This document shows, piece by piece, positions 41,656 to 50,343 of a DNA stretch of 64,000 bases. Origin of the DNA: an uncultured Actinomycetes bacterium. GTDB lineage: Bacteria; Actinomycetota; UBA4738; HRBIN12. Position 1 is the stretch's first letter; each line of letters opens with the position of its first letter. The DNA is taken from NCBI GenBank assembly GCA_963831325.1, contig CAWHQA010000038.1:161978-225977 (forward strand). Direction: 5' to 3'. The notes beneath the pieces are model-generated. The model made no database searches and was not told the origin of the DNA. It was given only the letters and a program-made list of their open reading frames with translations. The translations under genes and the position numbers were made by a program.

Positions 41656-41853
41656 TTAGTTGCTAGTTCCAACGCTGGTGCATCAGGAAACCACTGTGCT
41701 GCAACGTACTACGCCCAACCGGCCGGGACCCCGTCCAGACGGGAAAAGGCTGAGCACCGAGGGCGATCCGCTCCCGAGGGGTCAAGGCGAGGGCCTTGTG
41801 TGCCGAAAAGGCACTAGAACCAACGGTCCCGACCGAAAGGAACGAATCCAGCA

Positions 41854-42567
41854 GTGAGCGTCCCACAGGAGCATGCCCACGCGCTCGGCCGCGGGGACGA
41901 TCCCGTTGAACGAGTGAATCCTGCTGTGCTGAGCACGGTCGAATCGCTGATGCTCGAAGAGCGCACTCGCTGGGCCATGACGATCCACGATCGCCTCACC
42001 CAATCGGTCACGAGCGCCATCCTCGAGCTGCAGGTGCTGCGACACCGTGTCGAAACCGACCCGGCCTCCGCAGTGGACGTCCTCGCCACGGTCGAGCAGG
42101 CGATCCGCACCGACCTGAGCGAGATCCGTGAAGTGCTATTCCAGCTCGACGAGGGCCTTCTTCGCGAGGATCCGTCGTTCGTCACGTTCGTAAACGAGCT
42201 GGTGAACCGCTGGAAGCTCCCTGCGCGTGTGACGATCGAGGGCGACCTCGAAGCGATGCCGGCGGCCGTGCTAGAGACGGCGCACAGCGTCGTGGGCGAG
42301 GCGCTCGCCAATGCAGCCAAGCATTCCGGTTCCAAGGACGTGACGGTGAAGGTCGTTGCCGGCGCTCAGGCGCTGCGGATCGAGGTCACCGACCGCGGCA
42401 GAGGCATCGCCGCGGTGACCGACGACGACCCGCACTTCGGGCTCCGTCTGCTTCGCACCCGTGTACATGAGATCAACGGCTCGATCGAGATCGAGTCGAC
42501 CCCCGGACGCGGCGTTCGTGTGATCGCCGTGCTCCCCGTCGGAGGGCAAGAAGGAGAAATCAGATGA
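41854..42567 (+). CDS. Cytoplasmic sensor histidine kinase (HisKA_3 + HATPase, NarL-partner type) with no TM or sensor domain
   Basis: An H-box region (IHDRLTQSVTSAILELQ) and ATPase blocks (EALANAAKHSGS, VTDRGRGI, GLRLLRTRVHEINGSIEIES). Starts with GTG. The protein is 237 aa and soluble. Confidence 0.8.
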   Translation: MSVPQEHAHALGRGDDPVERVNPAVLSTVESLMLEERTRWAMTIHDRLTQSVTSAILELQVLRHRVETDPASAVDVLATVEQAIRTDLSEIREVLFQLDEGLLREDPSFVTFVNELVNRWKLPARVTIEGDLEAMPAAVLETAHSVVGEALANAAKHSGSKDVTVKVVAGAQALRIEVTDRGRGIAAVTDDDPHFGLRLLRTRVHEINGSIEIESTPGRGVRVIAVLPVGGQEGEIR

Positions 42568-43235
42568 GGATCCTGGTCGTGGACGATCACGCGCTCGTGC
42601 GTCGTGGCATGAGCTATGTCGTGAAGGAAGGCTTCCCCGATGCGGAGGTGGTCGAGGCCGAGAGCGCCACGGTGGCGCTCGAGGCGCTGCACGCGAACGC
42701 CGACATCGACATCGCACTCGTCGACGTGCGCATGCCCGATCTCGACGGGCTCGAGCTGCTGCGCGCGATCAAGGCCGAGTGGGCCGGCATCCCGGTGATC
42801 ATGCTCTCCACCTACGAGAACGCTCCCTACGTCAAGCGCGCCCTCGCCGACGGCGCAGCGGGCTACCTGCTGAAGGACGCGACGCCCGAAGACCTGTCGC
42901 AGGCGATCAACGTCGCGATGTCGGGAAGCGGCAACGTGCTCAGCCCACGCGTGATCCAGAACCTGTTCGACGAGCAGCTGGGCGGGACGAACGAGAACGG
43001 CAGGCGCAACGAGTACAGCCTGACCCAGCGCGAGAACGACATCTTGGCCCGGCTGGCCGAAGGACGTTCGAACCGCGACATCGCGCAGTCGCTGTTCCTG
43101 TCGGAGAAGACGGTCAAGGCACACCTGGCGGCGGTGTTCCGCAAGCTCGGTGTCACCAATCGCACACAGGCCGCCATGATGGCCGTACAGATGGGCGTGG
43201 GACCGATCCCCGGCGCGATCGCGGTCAACGACTAG
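42564..43235 (+). CDS. NarL/LuxR family response regulator
   Basis: A receiver domain (MRILVVDDHALVRRG...DVRMPDLDG) and a C-terminal LuxR helix-turn-helix (LTQRENDILARLAEGRSNRDIAQSLFLSEKTVKAH). Its ATG overlaps the kinase stop. Confidence 0.9.
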   Translation: MRILVVDDHALVRRGMSYVVKEGFPDAEVVEAESATVALEALHANADIDIALVDVRMPDLDGLELLRAIKAEWAGIPVIMLSTYENAPYVKRALADGAAGYLLKDATPEDLSQAINVAMSGSGNVLSPRVIQNLFDEQLGGTNENGRRNEYSLTQRENDILARLAEGRSNRDIAQSLFLSEKTVKAHLAAVFRKLGVTNRTQAAMMAVQMGVGPIPGAIAVND

Positions 43236-43345
43236 GAAGGCCGAGGGGGACCGGGCAGCAGGGCGAACCCGCAGCTCCCTGCCGAAGTCGGCGTGAACGA
43301 ACGTGGCCTCGTGCGACGTCGACTCACCGTGGCCGGACGCTCCGG

Positions 43346-44422
43346 TCAGGCACTCAAGCTCGCCGCCGCACTGGCCGCGACCCAGCGATCGAGCGCTTCG
43401 GCAGCCCTCCCTGAATCGATCGCCTCGGCGGCGAGCGAGATGCCATCGGTGAGATCACCCGCCCGCCCCGCCACTTCGAGGGCGGCGCCGGCGTTCAGTA
43501 GCACGACGTCGCGCTTAGGCCCGGTCTCGCCCGCGAGCAGCTCTCGCACGATGGCTGCCGACGCGGCGGCGTCGCCACCCTGCAGGTCGTCGAGCGTCGC
43601 GTGCGCGAGGCCATGGTCCGCCGGATCGATGATCGTCTGTTTCACCTGCCCGTCGCGGACCTCATACACGGAGCTCGACCCGGTCGTCGAGAGCTCGTCG
43701 AGCCCGTCGTCTCCGCGGAACAAGATGGCGCGTGTGTTCCTGCGCGCGAGCACCTCCGCCATGAGCGGCAGCATGCGGGCATCGGAACACCCGACCGCCT
43801 GAGCGAACGGTCGCGCGGGGTTAGTGAGCGGCCCAAGGAAATTGAACACGGTCGGCACACGTAGCTCCCGCCTGACCGGTCCGGCGTGCGCCATCGCCGG
43901 ATGGAACTTGGGCGCGAACAGGAACGCGGCTCCGGCCTCGGCCAGGCAGCGCTCGACCCCCGGGGCGTCGAGGTCGATCGTCACCCCGAGCGCCTCGAGA
44001 ACGTCGGCCGAGCCGCAGTGCGAGCTTGCGGCCCGGTTGCCGTGCTTGGCGACCGGCACGCCCGCGCCCGCGACGACGATCGCCGACGCCGTGGAGATGT
44101 TGAACGTGCCGCTGCGGTCGCCGCCCGTGCCGACGATGTCGACCGCCGGCGCGGGGCTGTCAACCGGGTTCGCGAACCCGAGCATCGTGCGAGCGAGACC
44201 TTCGACCTCGTCGGCGGTCTCGCCCTTGGTGCGCAGCGCCATCAGGAATCCGCCGATCTGGCCGGACGTAGCCTCGCCGGCCATGATGCGACGCATCGCC
44301 TCGGCCGCCTCGTCGGGGTCGAGCGCCTCGTGCCGCACGAGCCGCGTGAGCGTGTGCGGCCAGAAATCCGGATCGAAGTCAGGATCGGAGTCCGAGTCGT
44401 GATCGCTGCGCGGCTGGCTCAT
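43346..44422 (-). CDS. trpD: Anthranilate phosphoribosyltransferase
   Basis: TrpD motifs (VDIVGTGGDRSGTFNISTASAIVVAGAG, KHGNRAASS). The protein is 358 aa. Confidence 0.9.
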   Translation of the reverse strand: MSQPRSDHDSDSDPDFDPDFWPHTLTRLVRHEALDPDEAAEAMRRIMAGEATSGQIGGFLMALRTKGETADEVEGLARTMLGFANPVDSPAPAVDIVGTGGDRSGTFNISTASAIVVAGAGVPVAKHGNRAASSHCGSADVLEALGVTIDLDAPGVERCLAEAGAAFLFAPKFHPAMAHAGPVRRELRVPTVFNFLGPLTNPARPFAQAVGCSDARMLPLMAEVLARRNTRAILFRGDDGLDELSTTGSSSVYEVRDGQVKQTIIDPADHGLAHATLDDLQGGDAAASAAIVRELLAGETGPKRDVVLLNAGAALEVAGRAGDLTDGISLAAEAIDSGRAAEALDRWVAASAAASLSA

Positions 44423-44524
44423 CGCCGCCCGACGCTAGCAGGTGGCGCATCTTCGCCGGAAGCGGGTCGACCCATGGTTCCCGGGCTCGTTACACTTGGC
44501 CCCGCCGGCCCATCGGTGGCCTTC

Positions 44525-44595
44525 GCGGGTGTGGTTCAATGGCAGAACGTGAGCTTCCCAAGCTCGAGACGGGGGTTCGATTCCCCTCACCCGCT
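44525..44595 (+). tRNA. tRNA-Gly (anticodon CCC)
   Basis: I folded this 71-nt sequence by hand. Acceptor stem GCGGGTG/CACCCGC, D-stem GTTC/GAAC, anticodon stem TGAGC/GCTCG with loop TTCCCAA, T-arm GGGGG-TTCGATT-CCCCT, discriminator T, and no encoded CCA. Confidence 0.85.
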
Positions 44596-44633
44596 CTGAT
44601 CCGGCGCCGCGACGAGCGGCGCTTTCGTGCGTT

Positions 44634-45338
44634 TCAGGGCATGCCCAAGTAGCGCGGCGCGGTCGGACAGAGGTCCTTCAGCGGGCACTGGCGGCACCGT
44701 GGCATCTGCGCCTTGCAGATCTCGCGGCCGAGCCTGATGAACCCGACGTGCATCGGGGTGCGAAGCCCGTCGGGCACGAGGTCGTGTAGCAGACGGTCGG
44801 CCTTCTCTGCGTTCGTCTTCGGTGGGATCAGCCCGAGCCGTGCCGTCACTCGGTGCACATGCGTGTCGACCGGCATCGCGTCTCGGCCCAGCGCGAAGCT
44901 CAAGACGACCGCCGCTGTCTTTGGGCCGATGCCGGGAAGCGTCATCAAGTACTCCCGCGCCTCGGTGTCACCCATCACCCGCAGGCGCGAGAGGTCGAAC
45001 TCCCCCTCGCGCTCACGCACCTCTCGCAGGATCGCCTGGATGCGCGGAGCCTTCGAGTTCGCAAGCCCGCCGCTTCGGATCGCGTCGGCGACCTCACCCT
45101 CGGTCGCTTCGACGACTGCGGGCCAGGCATCGGGAAAGGCCGAGCGCAGGCTCTCGAACGCGCGCTCGGCATTCAGGTCGCTCGTGTGCTGGCTCAGCAT
45201 AGTGAGCACGAGCTCGTCGAGCGGATCGACGGCGCGAGGTGGGTCGAGGGGGCCGAAGCGCTTCGCGAGACGGTTCGCGATCGCGCGGATGCGGCGCCGC
45301 GACGGAGCGATCCAACCCTCGACGGACGCCGGCTTCAA
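44634..45338 (-). CDS. nth: Endonuclease III (DNA glycosylase/AP lyase)
   Basis: HhH-GPD motifs (LPGIGPKTAAVV, DTHVHRV) and a C-terminal 4Fe-4S cluster CRQCPLKDLC. The likely TTG start at 45338 overlaps the dnaB stop as TTGA. The upstream part of ORF 44634..45902 is Arg-rich. Confidence 0.85.
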   Translation of the reverse strand: MKPASVEGWIAPSRRRIRAIANRLAKRFGPLDPPRAVDPLDELVLTMLSQHTSDLNAERAFESLRSAFPDAWPAVVEATEGEVADAIRSGGLANSKAPRIQAILREVREREGEFDLSRLRVMGDTEAREYLMTLPGIGPKTAAVVLSFALGRDAMPVDTHVHRVTARLGLIPPKTNAEKADRLLHDLVPDGLRTPMHVGFIRLGREICKAQMPRCRQCPLKDLCPTAPRYLGMP

Positions 45339-46705
45339 TGCTGGCCGCGCGCTCCGTTGCGGAACTGCGTGAGCGAGGGCTCGAAGCCGAGCGGGATGTT
45401 GTCGGTCGGCCCGTTGCGGTGCTTCGAGACGATCAGCTCGGCCAGCTTCTTCTTCTCGGGGTCGGCATCGTCGCGATGGATGAACATCACGATGTCTGCG
45501 TCCTGTTCGATCGCCCCACTTTCGCGAAGGTCCGAGAGCTGGGGACGCTTGTCGGCTCGCGCCTCGGGGTTGCGGTTCAACTGGCTGACCGCGATCACAG
45601 GGATCTCGAGCTCCTTGGCGAGCATCTTCAGCGACCGGCTGATCTCGGCGATCTCCTGCTGGCGGGAATCGGGCCGCCTCCCGCCCATACCGGGGTGGCC
45701 CATGAGCTGCAGGTAGTCGACGATGATCAACGAGAGCCCGCGCTTGCCGGTTCGCATGCGGCGCGCCTTGGCGCGGATGTCGACGATGTTCGTGTTGCCC
45801 GAGTCGACGATCGACAGCGGCGCATCGTGGAGCACCTCTGCCGCCTGCACCACAGCTTGCCAATCGTTGGGACCGACGCGCTTGTTGCGGATGCGATCCC
45901 ACGGCACCCGCGCCTCGGCGCAGAGCAGGCGCATGCCGATCTCCCAGCGCGACATCTCGAGGGAGAAGATCGCGACGGTGTTGTTCGCCACCGCGATATT
46001 GCGCGCCATGTTCACCGCGAGCGAGCTCTTGCCCATGCCCGGGCGAGCCGCGAGCACGATCAGGTTGCCCGGCTGCAACCCCGAGGTGAGGTTGTCGATG
46101 TCGATGAATCCGGTGGGCAGGCCCGTGTAGGCGGACTCGCGCGTCTGGATCGACTCGAGGTCGAGCATGGCCTGGTCGACCAGGTCTCGAAGCACAGCCA
46201 TCTCGTCGCGGTCCTCACGGCGCGCGACCTCGTAGATGCGCTGCTCCGCGTCGTCAGCCACGGCCTCGGCATCGTCGGTCGAGGCGTAAGCCCTTTCCAT
46301 GATGTCGGCGGCGGCGGAGATCAGCCGGCGACGCAGCGCTGCTTTCGACACGATCTCGGCGTAGTACCCCGCGGAAGCCGGGGTGGGCACCTCGTTGGCG
46401 AGGTCGGCCAGATAGAGACGGCCACCGATGTCGTCGAGCGACCCCTCGCGCTCGAGCGCCGCCGCAGCCGAGACGATGTCGATCGGTTCTCCGCGTGCGA
46501 ACAGCCCCCGCAGCGCCCCGTAGATGCGCCCGTGCACCGAACGATAGAAGTCGTCGGGCTCGAGGATCTCGACGACGTCGGCAACGGCCTCGTTCGACAG
46601 GAGCATCGCACCGAGCACCGATGCCTCGGCCTCCAAGTTGTGCGGCGGAAGCCGGTGCCCCTCGCCGGCAGGCAAGCGCCGGACATCGTCGGCCGTGCGC
46701 GCCAT
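45335..46705 (-). CDS. dnaB: Replicative DNA helicase DnaB (no intein)
   Basis: An N-terminal domain (PHNLEAEASVLGAMLL), Walker A ARPGMGKSS, and DnaB-specific blocks (IIVDYLQLM, ...SQLNRNPE). The protein is 456 aa. Confidence 0.95.
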   Translation of the reverse strand: MARTADDVRRLPAGEGHRLPPHNLEAEASVLGAMLLSNEAVADVVEILEPDDFYRSVHGRIYGALRGLFARGEPIDIVSAAAALEREGSLDDIGGRLYLADLANEVPTPASAGYYAEIVSKAALRRRLISAAADIMERAYASTDDAEAVADDAEQRIYEVARREDRDEMAVLRDLVDQAMLDLESIQTRESAYTGLPTGFIDIDNLTSGLQPGNLIVLAARPGMGKSSLAVNMARNIAVANNTVAIFSLEMSRWEIGMRLLCAEARVPWDRIRNKRVGPNDWQAVVQAAEVLHDAPLSIVDSGNTNIVDIRAKARRMRTGKRGLSLIIVDYLQLMGHPGMGGRRPDSRQQEIAEISRSLKMLAKELEIPVIAVSQLNRNPEARADKRPQLSDLRESGAIEQDADIVMFIHRDDADPEKKKLAELIVSKHRNGPTDNIPLGFEPSLTQFRNGARGQH

Positions 46706-46788
46706 CTACCTCTCCCCCCCGAAGCCCACGCCGGCGGCGGACCCGTTCCTCGATGTGGCGACGCTACGCCCGAGCATGACAGGGCGAC

Positions 46789-46903
46789 AGTGGACAACCG
46801 CGGTGGATTGTTGCGGTGCAGGTCGCGAGCCGAGATTGATTGTCACTCCGCCTCTGACCTGCGCTTTCCACATGTGGATAACCATGTGGAACATTGTGAA
46901 TCA
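46789..46903. promoter_or_regulatory. Cluster of DnaA-box-like 9-mers in the rplI-dnaB intergenic region
   Basis: AGTGGACAA at 46789-97 (reverse complement TTGTCCACT). TGTGGATAA at 46873-81 (reverse complement TTATCCACA, a perfect box). TGTGGAACA at 46885-93. TGTGAATCA at 46895-903. A 12-bp palindrome TCCACATGTGGA at 46867-78. All lie in a locally AT-richer stretch about 160-200 bp upstream of dnaB. Confidence 0.4.
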
Positions 46904-47024
46904 CATGTATGACATTCGTGCCGCGCGACGGGGTGACACGATCCGCACCCGAGTCGCTCTCGACAACGACAGATGGCCGGGCGCGAGGGCCCGGCCATCG
47001 GTCGGTACTATCGGAGTAACGGTC

Positions 47025-47480
47025 TCAGCCCTCGGGCACGACCTCGACGGTGACGACCGGGTCGACCTGATGGAACAGGTGCACCCGTACCTCGTGAGAG
47101 CCGACCGAGCGGATCGGCTCGTCGAGGTGCACATCACGCTTGTCGACCGTGACGCCCTCGTGCTGGGCCGCGATCGCAGCCGCGACGTGCTCTGCCGTGA
47201 CCGACCCGAAAAGCTTGCCTTCGTCACCGGCCCGGGCCTTCACCAGGATCGGACCGCCCGAGATGAGGCGTGAGGCCGTCGCTTCGAACTCGCCCTTGCG
47301 AGCGTATTGGCGGCGCTCGTGAGCACGCCGCAGGTTCTCTGCTTGCTGCCCGGCGCCCTTGTGCGCCCGGACCGCCATCGACCGAGGGAACAGGAAGTTC
47401 CGCGCGTAGCCGCCGGCAACCTCGACCACGTCTCCGGGGTCTCCGAGCTTGTCGACGGGCTTCTGGAGGATGACCTTCAT
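47025..47480 (-). CDS. rplI: 50S ribosomal protein L9
   Basis: [32 protein letters not shown]... is a canonical L9 N-terminus. The ATG at 47480 overlaps the rpsR stop as ATGA. Confidence 0.9.
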   Translation of the reverse strand: MKVILQKPVDKLGDPGDVVEVAGGYARNFLFPRSMAVRAHKGAGQQAENLRRAHERRQYARKGEFEATASRLISGGPILVKARAGDEGKLFGSVTAEHVAAAIAAQHEGVTVDKRDVHLDEPIRSVGSHEVRVHLFHQVDPVVTVEVVPEG

Positions 47481-47752
47481 CGGCTCGAATACGGCAGCAT
47501 GGCCATCTCGCGTGCGTTCTTCACGGCCGTGGCGACGTCTCGCTGGTGCTGCACACAGTTGCCCGTGACACGGCGAGCGCGGAGCTTGCCTCGCTCGCTC
47601 ACGAACTTGCGCAACGTGACGACGTCCTTGTAGTCGACGTAGTCGACCCGGTCCTTGCAGAACACGCAGAACTTGCGCTTGCCCTTCTTCTGCCAGCCCT
47701 TCTCGTCCTTGTCGCGGCGGCGCTTGGGACCTTCCCTCTTCTTGGGTGGCAT
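47477..47752 (-). CDS. rpsR: 30S ribosomal protein S18
   Basis: S18 core ([62 protein letters not shown]). Confidence 0.9.
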   Translation of the reverse strand: MPPKKREGPKRRRDKDEKGWQKKGKRKFCVFCKDRVDYVDYKDVVTLRKFVSERGKLRARRVTGNCVQHQRDVATAVKNAREMAMLPYSSR

Positions 47753-48210
47753 TACAGCGGAGTCTCCTCTTGGTCGGTGCCCCCGCCGCCACCCACGGGC
47801 GCGGCCACGCGCTCACCCCAGTCGCCGCCCGACGAGTTGCTGCTCGAACGGGACTGGCGCTCGACGCGCGCCGTCGCCCATCGCAGGCTCGGGCCGACCT
47901 CGTCGGCCTCGATCTCGATGGCGGAGCGCTTGTCGCCGTCCTGGTTCTCCCAGGAGCGGTAGTTTAGCCGGCCGGCCACCACCACCCGCGTGCCGCGCGT
48001 GAGCGACTCGGCGGCGTTCTCCCCGAGGCTGCGCCAGCAGTTGACCGTGAAGTACGACGCTTCGCCGTCCTTCCAACCACCAGCACCATCGGGCAAGCGG
48101 CGGTTCACGGCGATGCGGAACTTGCACACCGCGGCCCCGTTGGGGGTATACCGAAGCTCGGGGTCATCGGTCAGGTTTCCCACCAGCGTCACCTGGTTGT
48201 CACTCGCCAT
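47752..48210 (-). CDS. ssb: Single-stranded DNA-binding protein
   Basis: OB-fold motifs ([33 protein letters not shown]...[11 protein letters not shown]) and an acidic C-terminus DQEETPL. Confidence 0.9.
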   Translation of the reverse strand: MASDNQVTLVGNLTDDPELRYTPNGAAVCKFRIAVNRRLPDGAGGWKDGEASYFTVNCWRSLGENAAESLTRGTRVVVAGRLNYRSWENQDGDKRSAIEIEADEVGPSLRWATARVERQSRSSSNSSGGDWGERVAAPVGGGGGTDQEETPL

Positions 48211-48255
48211 GTCACGTCACCACCTTGTCGGTGTCGCACCCGCCGCGCGTATGGC

Positions 48256-48636
48256 TCACGCGGGGGCGGGGGAAGCTTCGGAGTCTGTGTCAGGATCGAT
48301 CGATCGCGGGCGCCCACCACGGGCCTCGGCCCGCTTCGCATGACGCCCTTTGGCCGGCAAGGCGATCACCTTGTGACGGATGACCTCGTCGGCCAGGTTC
48401 AGCACGCGATCGAGCTCGCGCTGGCTCGTCGGTTCGGCCGTGAACGAGGCTACCGCGTAGTAGCCCTCGTTCGCATGGTCGATCTCGAACGCGAACCGAC
48501 GACGGCCCCAGCGATCGATGTTGGAGACCTCACCACCGTCGGCGGAAACCACCTTGGTGATGCGGTCGACCGCCGTGGAGACGACCTTCTCGTCTGCCTC
48601 GGCCGGCAGGATGAGCATGACTTCGTATTCCCTCAA
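48256..48636 (-). CDS. rpsF: 30S ribosomal protein S6
   Basis: REYEVMLILPAEADEKVVSTAVDRITKVV...GRRRFAFEIDHANEGYY is S6. The start is TTG at 48636, with GGAGG 7 nt upstream. Confidence 0.9.
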   Translation of the reverse strand: MREYEVMLILPAEADEKVVSTAVDRITKVVSADGGEVSNIDRWGRRRFAFEIDHANEGYYAVASFTAEPTSQRELDRVLNLADEVIRHKVIALPAKGRHAKRAEARGGRPRSIDPDTDSEASPAPA

Positions 48637-48827
48637 CCAGTCACCTCCTCTGGTCTGGACGGCCCCCTCTCGAGAGGGAGCAGTAGGGACTTGAGGGTCG
48701 CCCAGCAGTGTACGAGAACGGTTCGAACGCTAGCACCGAGGTCCGACACGCCTTTGGGAAGGAAGCTTCGGGGGTTCGCCGCCGTTAGACTCGAACGACT
48801 GCCGTGCACTTGAAGGAGGCGCGAGCG

Positions 48828-49622
48828 ATGCCCGACCGAACCGTGTCGATCCACGACCTCAGAGCGTGGAAGGGTGAGCAGCGACGCTGGGTCATGCTCA
48901 CCGCGTACGACTTCCCGACCGCCCAGATCCTCGACCGAGCCGGCGTTCCCGTGCTGCTCGTCGGCGACTCGCTCGGCCGCAACGTCTTGGGGTACGAGAA
49001 CGAGCTGCCAGTCACGATGCAAGAGATGCTCCATCACGTGAAGGCCGTGGCCCGTGGCGCCGAGCACGCGATGGTGGTGGGCGACCTTCCGTTCATGAGC
49101 TACCAAGCCTCGACCGACGACGGCGTGCGCAACGCCGGTCGCCTCGTGAAGGAAGGCGGCGCTCACGCCGTGAAGCTCGAGGGCGCCCAGCTCGACCTCG
49201 TGCACCGGCTCACCGAGATCGGCATCCCGGTGATGGCCCACGTCGGGCTCACCCCACAGGCGGTGCACGGGCTCGGCGGGTACAAGGTGCAGGGACGAGG
49301 CGAGGCCGCGCAGAAGGTGCTGGACCAAGCCGTGCAGCTCGAGAAGGCCGGCGCGTTCTCGATCGTGCTCGAAGCGATGCCGTCGGAGCTCGCCGGCGAG
49401 ATCACCGGAGCGGTGCAGATCCCGACGCTCGGCATCGGCGCGGGCGCGAACACCGACGCGCAGGTGCTCGTGATCAACGACCTGCTCGGCCTCACCGAGC
49501 ATCCGCCGAAGCTCGCGAAGGCATACGCCGATCTGCGAGGCACGATGACCGACGCCGTCACACGCTTCACCGCCGACGTGGAAGCCGGCACCTTCCCCGA
49601 CGAGGACCATTCGTACTCATAG
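48828..49622 (+). CDS. panB: 3-methyl-2-oxobutanoate hydroxymethyltransferase
   Basis: PanB blocks (MLTAYDFPTAQILDRAGVPVLLVGDSLG, ...KLEGA..., MAHVGLTPQ). I chose the ATG at 48828 (MPDRTVSIHDL), which has a GAAGGAGG ribosome-binding site. Confidence 0.9.
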   Translation: MPDRTVSIHDLRAWKGEQRRWVMLTAYDFPTAQILDRAGVPVLLVGDSLGRNVLGYENELPVTMQEMLHHVKAVARGAEHAMVVGDLPFMSYQASTDDGVRNAGRLVKEGGAHAVKLEGAQLDLVHRLTEIGIPVMAHVGLTPQAVHGLGGYKVQGRGEAAQKVLDQAVQLEKAGAFSIVLEAMPSELAGEITGAVQIPTLGIGAGANTDAQVLVINDLLGLTEHPPKLAKAYADLRGTMTDAVTRFTADVEAGTFPDEDHSYS

Positions 49623-49632
49623 ACTCGGGTTC

Positions 49633-50343
49633 GTGAAGCCGTCCCCAGCAGAAGACGCCAAGACGCGGGCGGAGCTCGTCTCGATGATCGCGCATGAGCT
49701 GCGGGGGCCGATCACCACGATCAAGGGCATCGCTGCCACCTCGCGCACCCACTTCGACGCGCTGAGCGACGAGGAGAAGCTCGAGTTCCTCGATCTGATC
49801 GAGCAGGAGTCGGCACGCATGCTCGAGATGGTCGACCAAGCCTCTCTGGCGATGAAGCTGTCCGCGGGTGTGCTCACGATGCAGACCGGGCCCACGAAAC
49901 TCGCCGACGTGGTCCGCGAGGGCGTCCGTGTGGCGGGCGTCGACGCCGACCGGTCGGTTCAGCTCGACCTCGATGACATCGCGATCGAGGGCGACCACGC
50001 CCGGTTGGTCGAAGTCGTGCGGCAGGTCGTGCAGAACGCTCACTCTTTCTCGCCTCCTGGGGAGCCGATCCTGGTCACATCGCAGCGCGAGGGCGACGAT
50101 GCGATCGTCGAGGTGACAGATCGCGGGCCTGGCATCCCCGAGGACAGGCGCGAGCAGGTGTTCACGACGTTCCCGAACTGGCGACCCTCGGGCTACGAGG
50201 AGGTGTCTGGAACCGGGCTCGGCCTGTTCATCTCGAGGGCCCTGGTTGCCGAACACCGTGGACAGATGTCCGTCGAAAGCGCACCGAGCGGAGGTACCAT
50301 GCTGCGCATCCGCCTTCCGCTGAAAGGGTCCGAACGTGGGTGA
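49633..50343 (+). CDS. Cytoplasmic histidine kinase (HisKA H-box + HATPase_c) with no sensor domain
   Basis: H-box MIAHELRGPITTIKG, N-box QVVQNAHSF, G-boxes VTDRGPGIPE and GTGLGLFISRALVAEHRGQM. The protein is 236 aa with no TM segments. The start is GTG. Confidence 0.8.
   Translation: MKPSPAEDAKTRAELVSMIAHELRGPITTIKGIAATSRTHFDALSDEEKLEFLDLIEQESARMLEMVDQASLAMKLSAGVLTMQTGPTKLADVVREGVRVAGVDADRSVQLDLDDIAIEGDHARLVEVVRQVVQNAHSFSPPGEPILVTSQREGDDAIVEVTDRGPGIPEDRREQVFTTFPNWRPSGYEEVSGTGLGLFISRALVAEHRGQMSVESAPSGGTMLRIRLPLKGSERG

Noticed and set aside
46706-47024. oriC
   Set aside because: DnaA boxes are present, but dnaA and dnaN are absent from the window and the region has only a short AT-rich patch. 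I interpret it as a DnaA-regulated dnaB promoter, or an auxiliary site, and not the origin.
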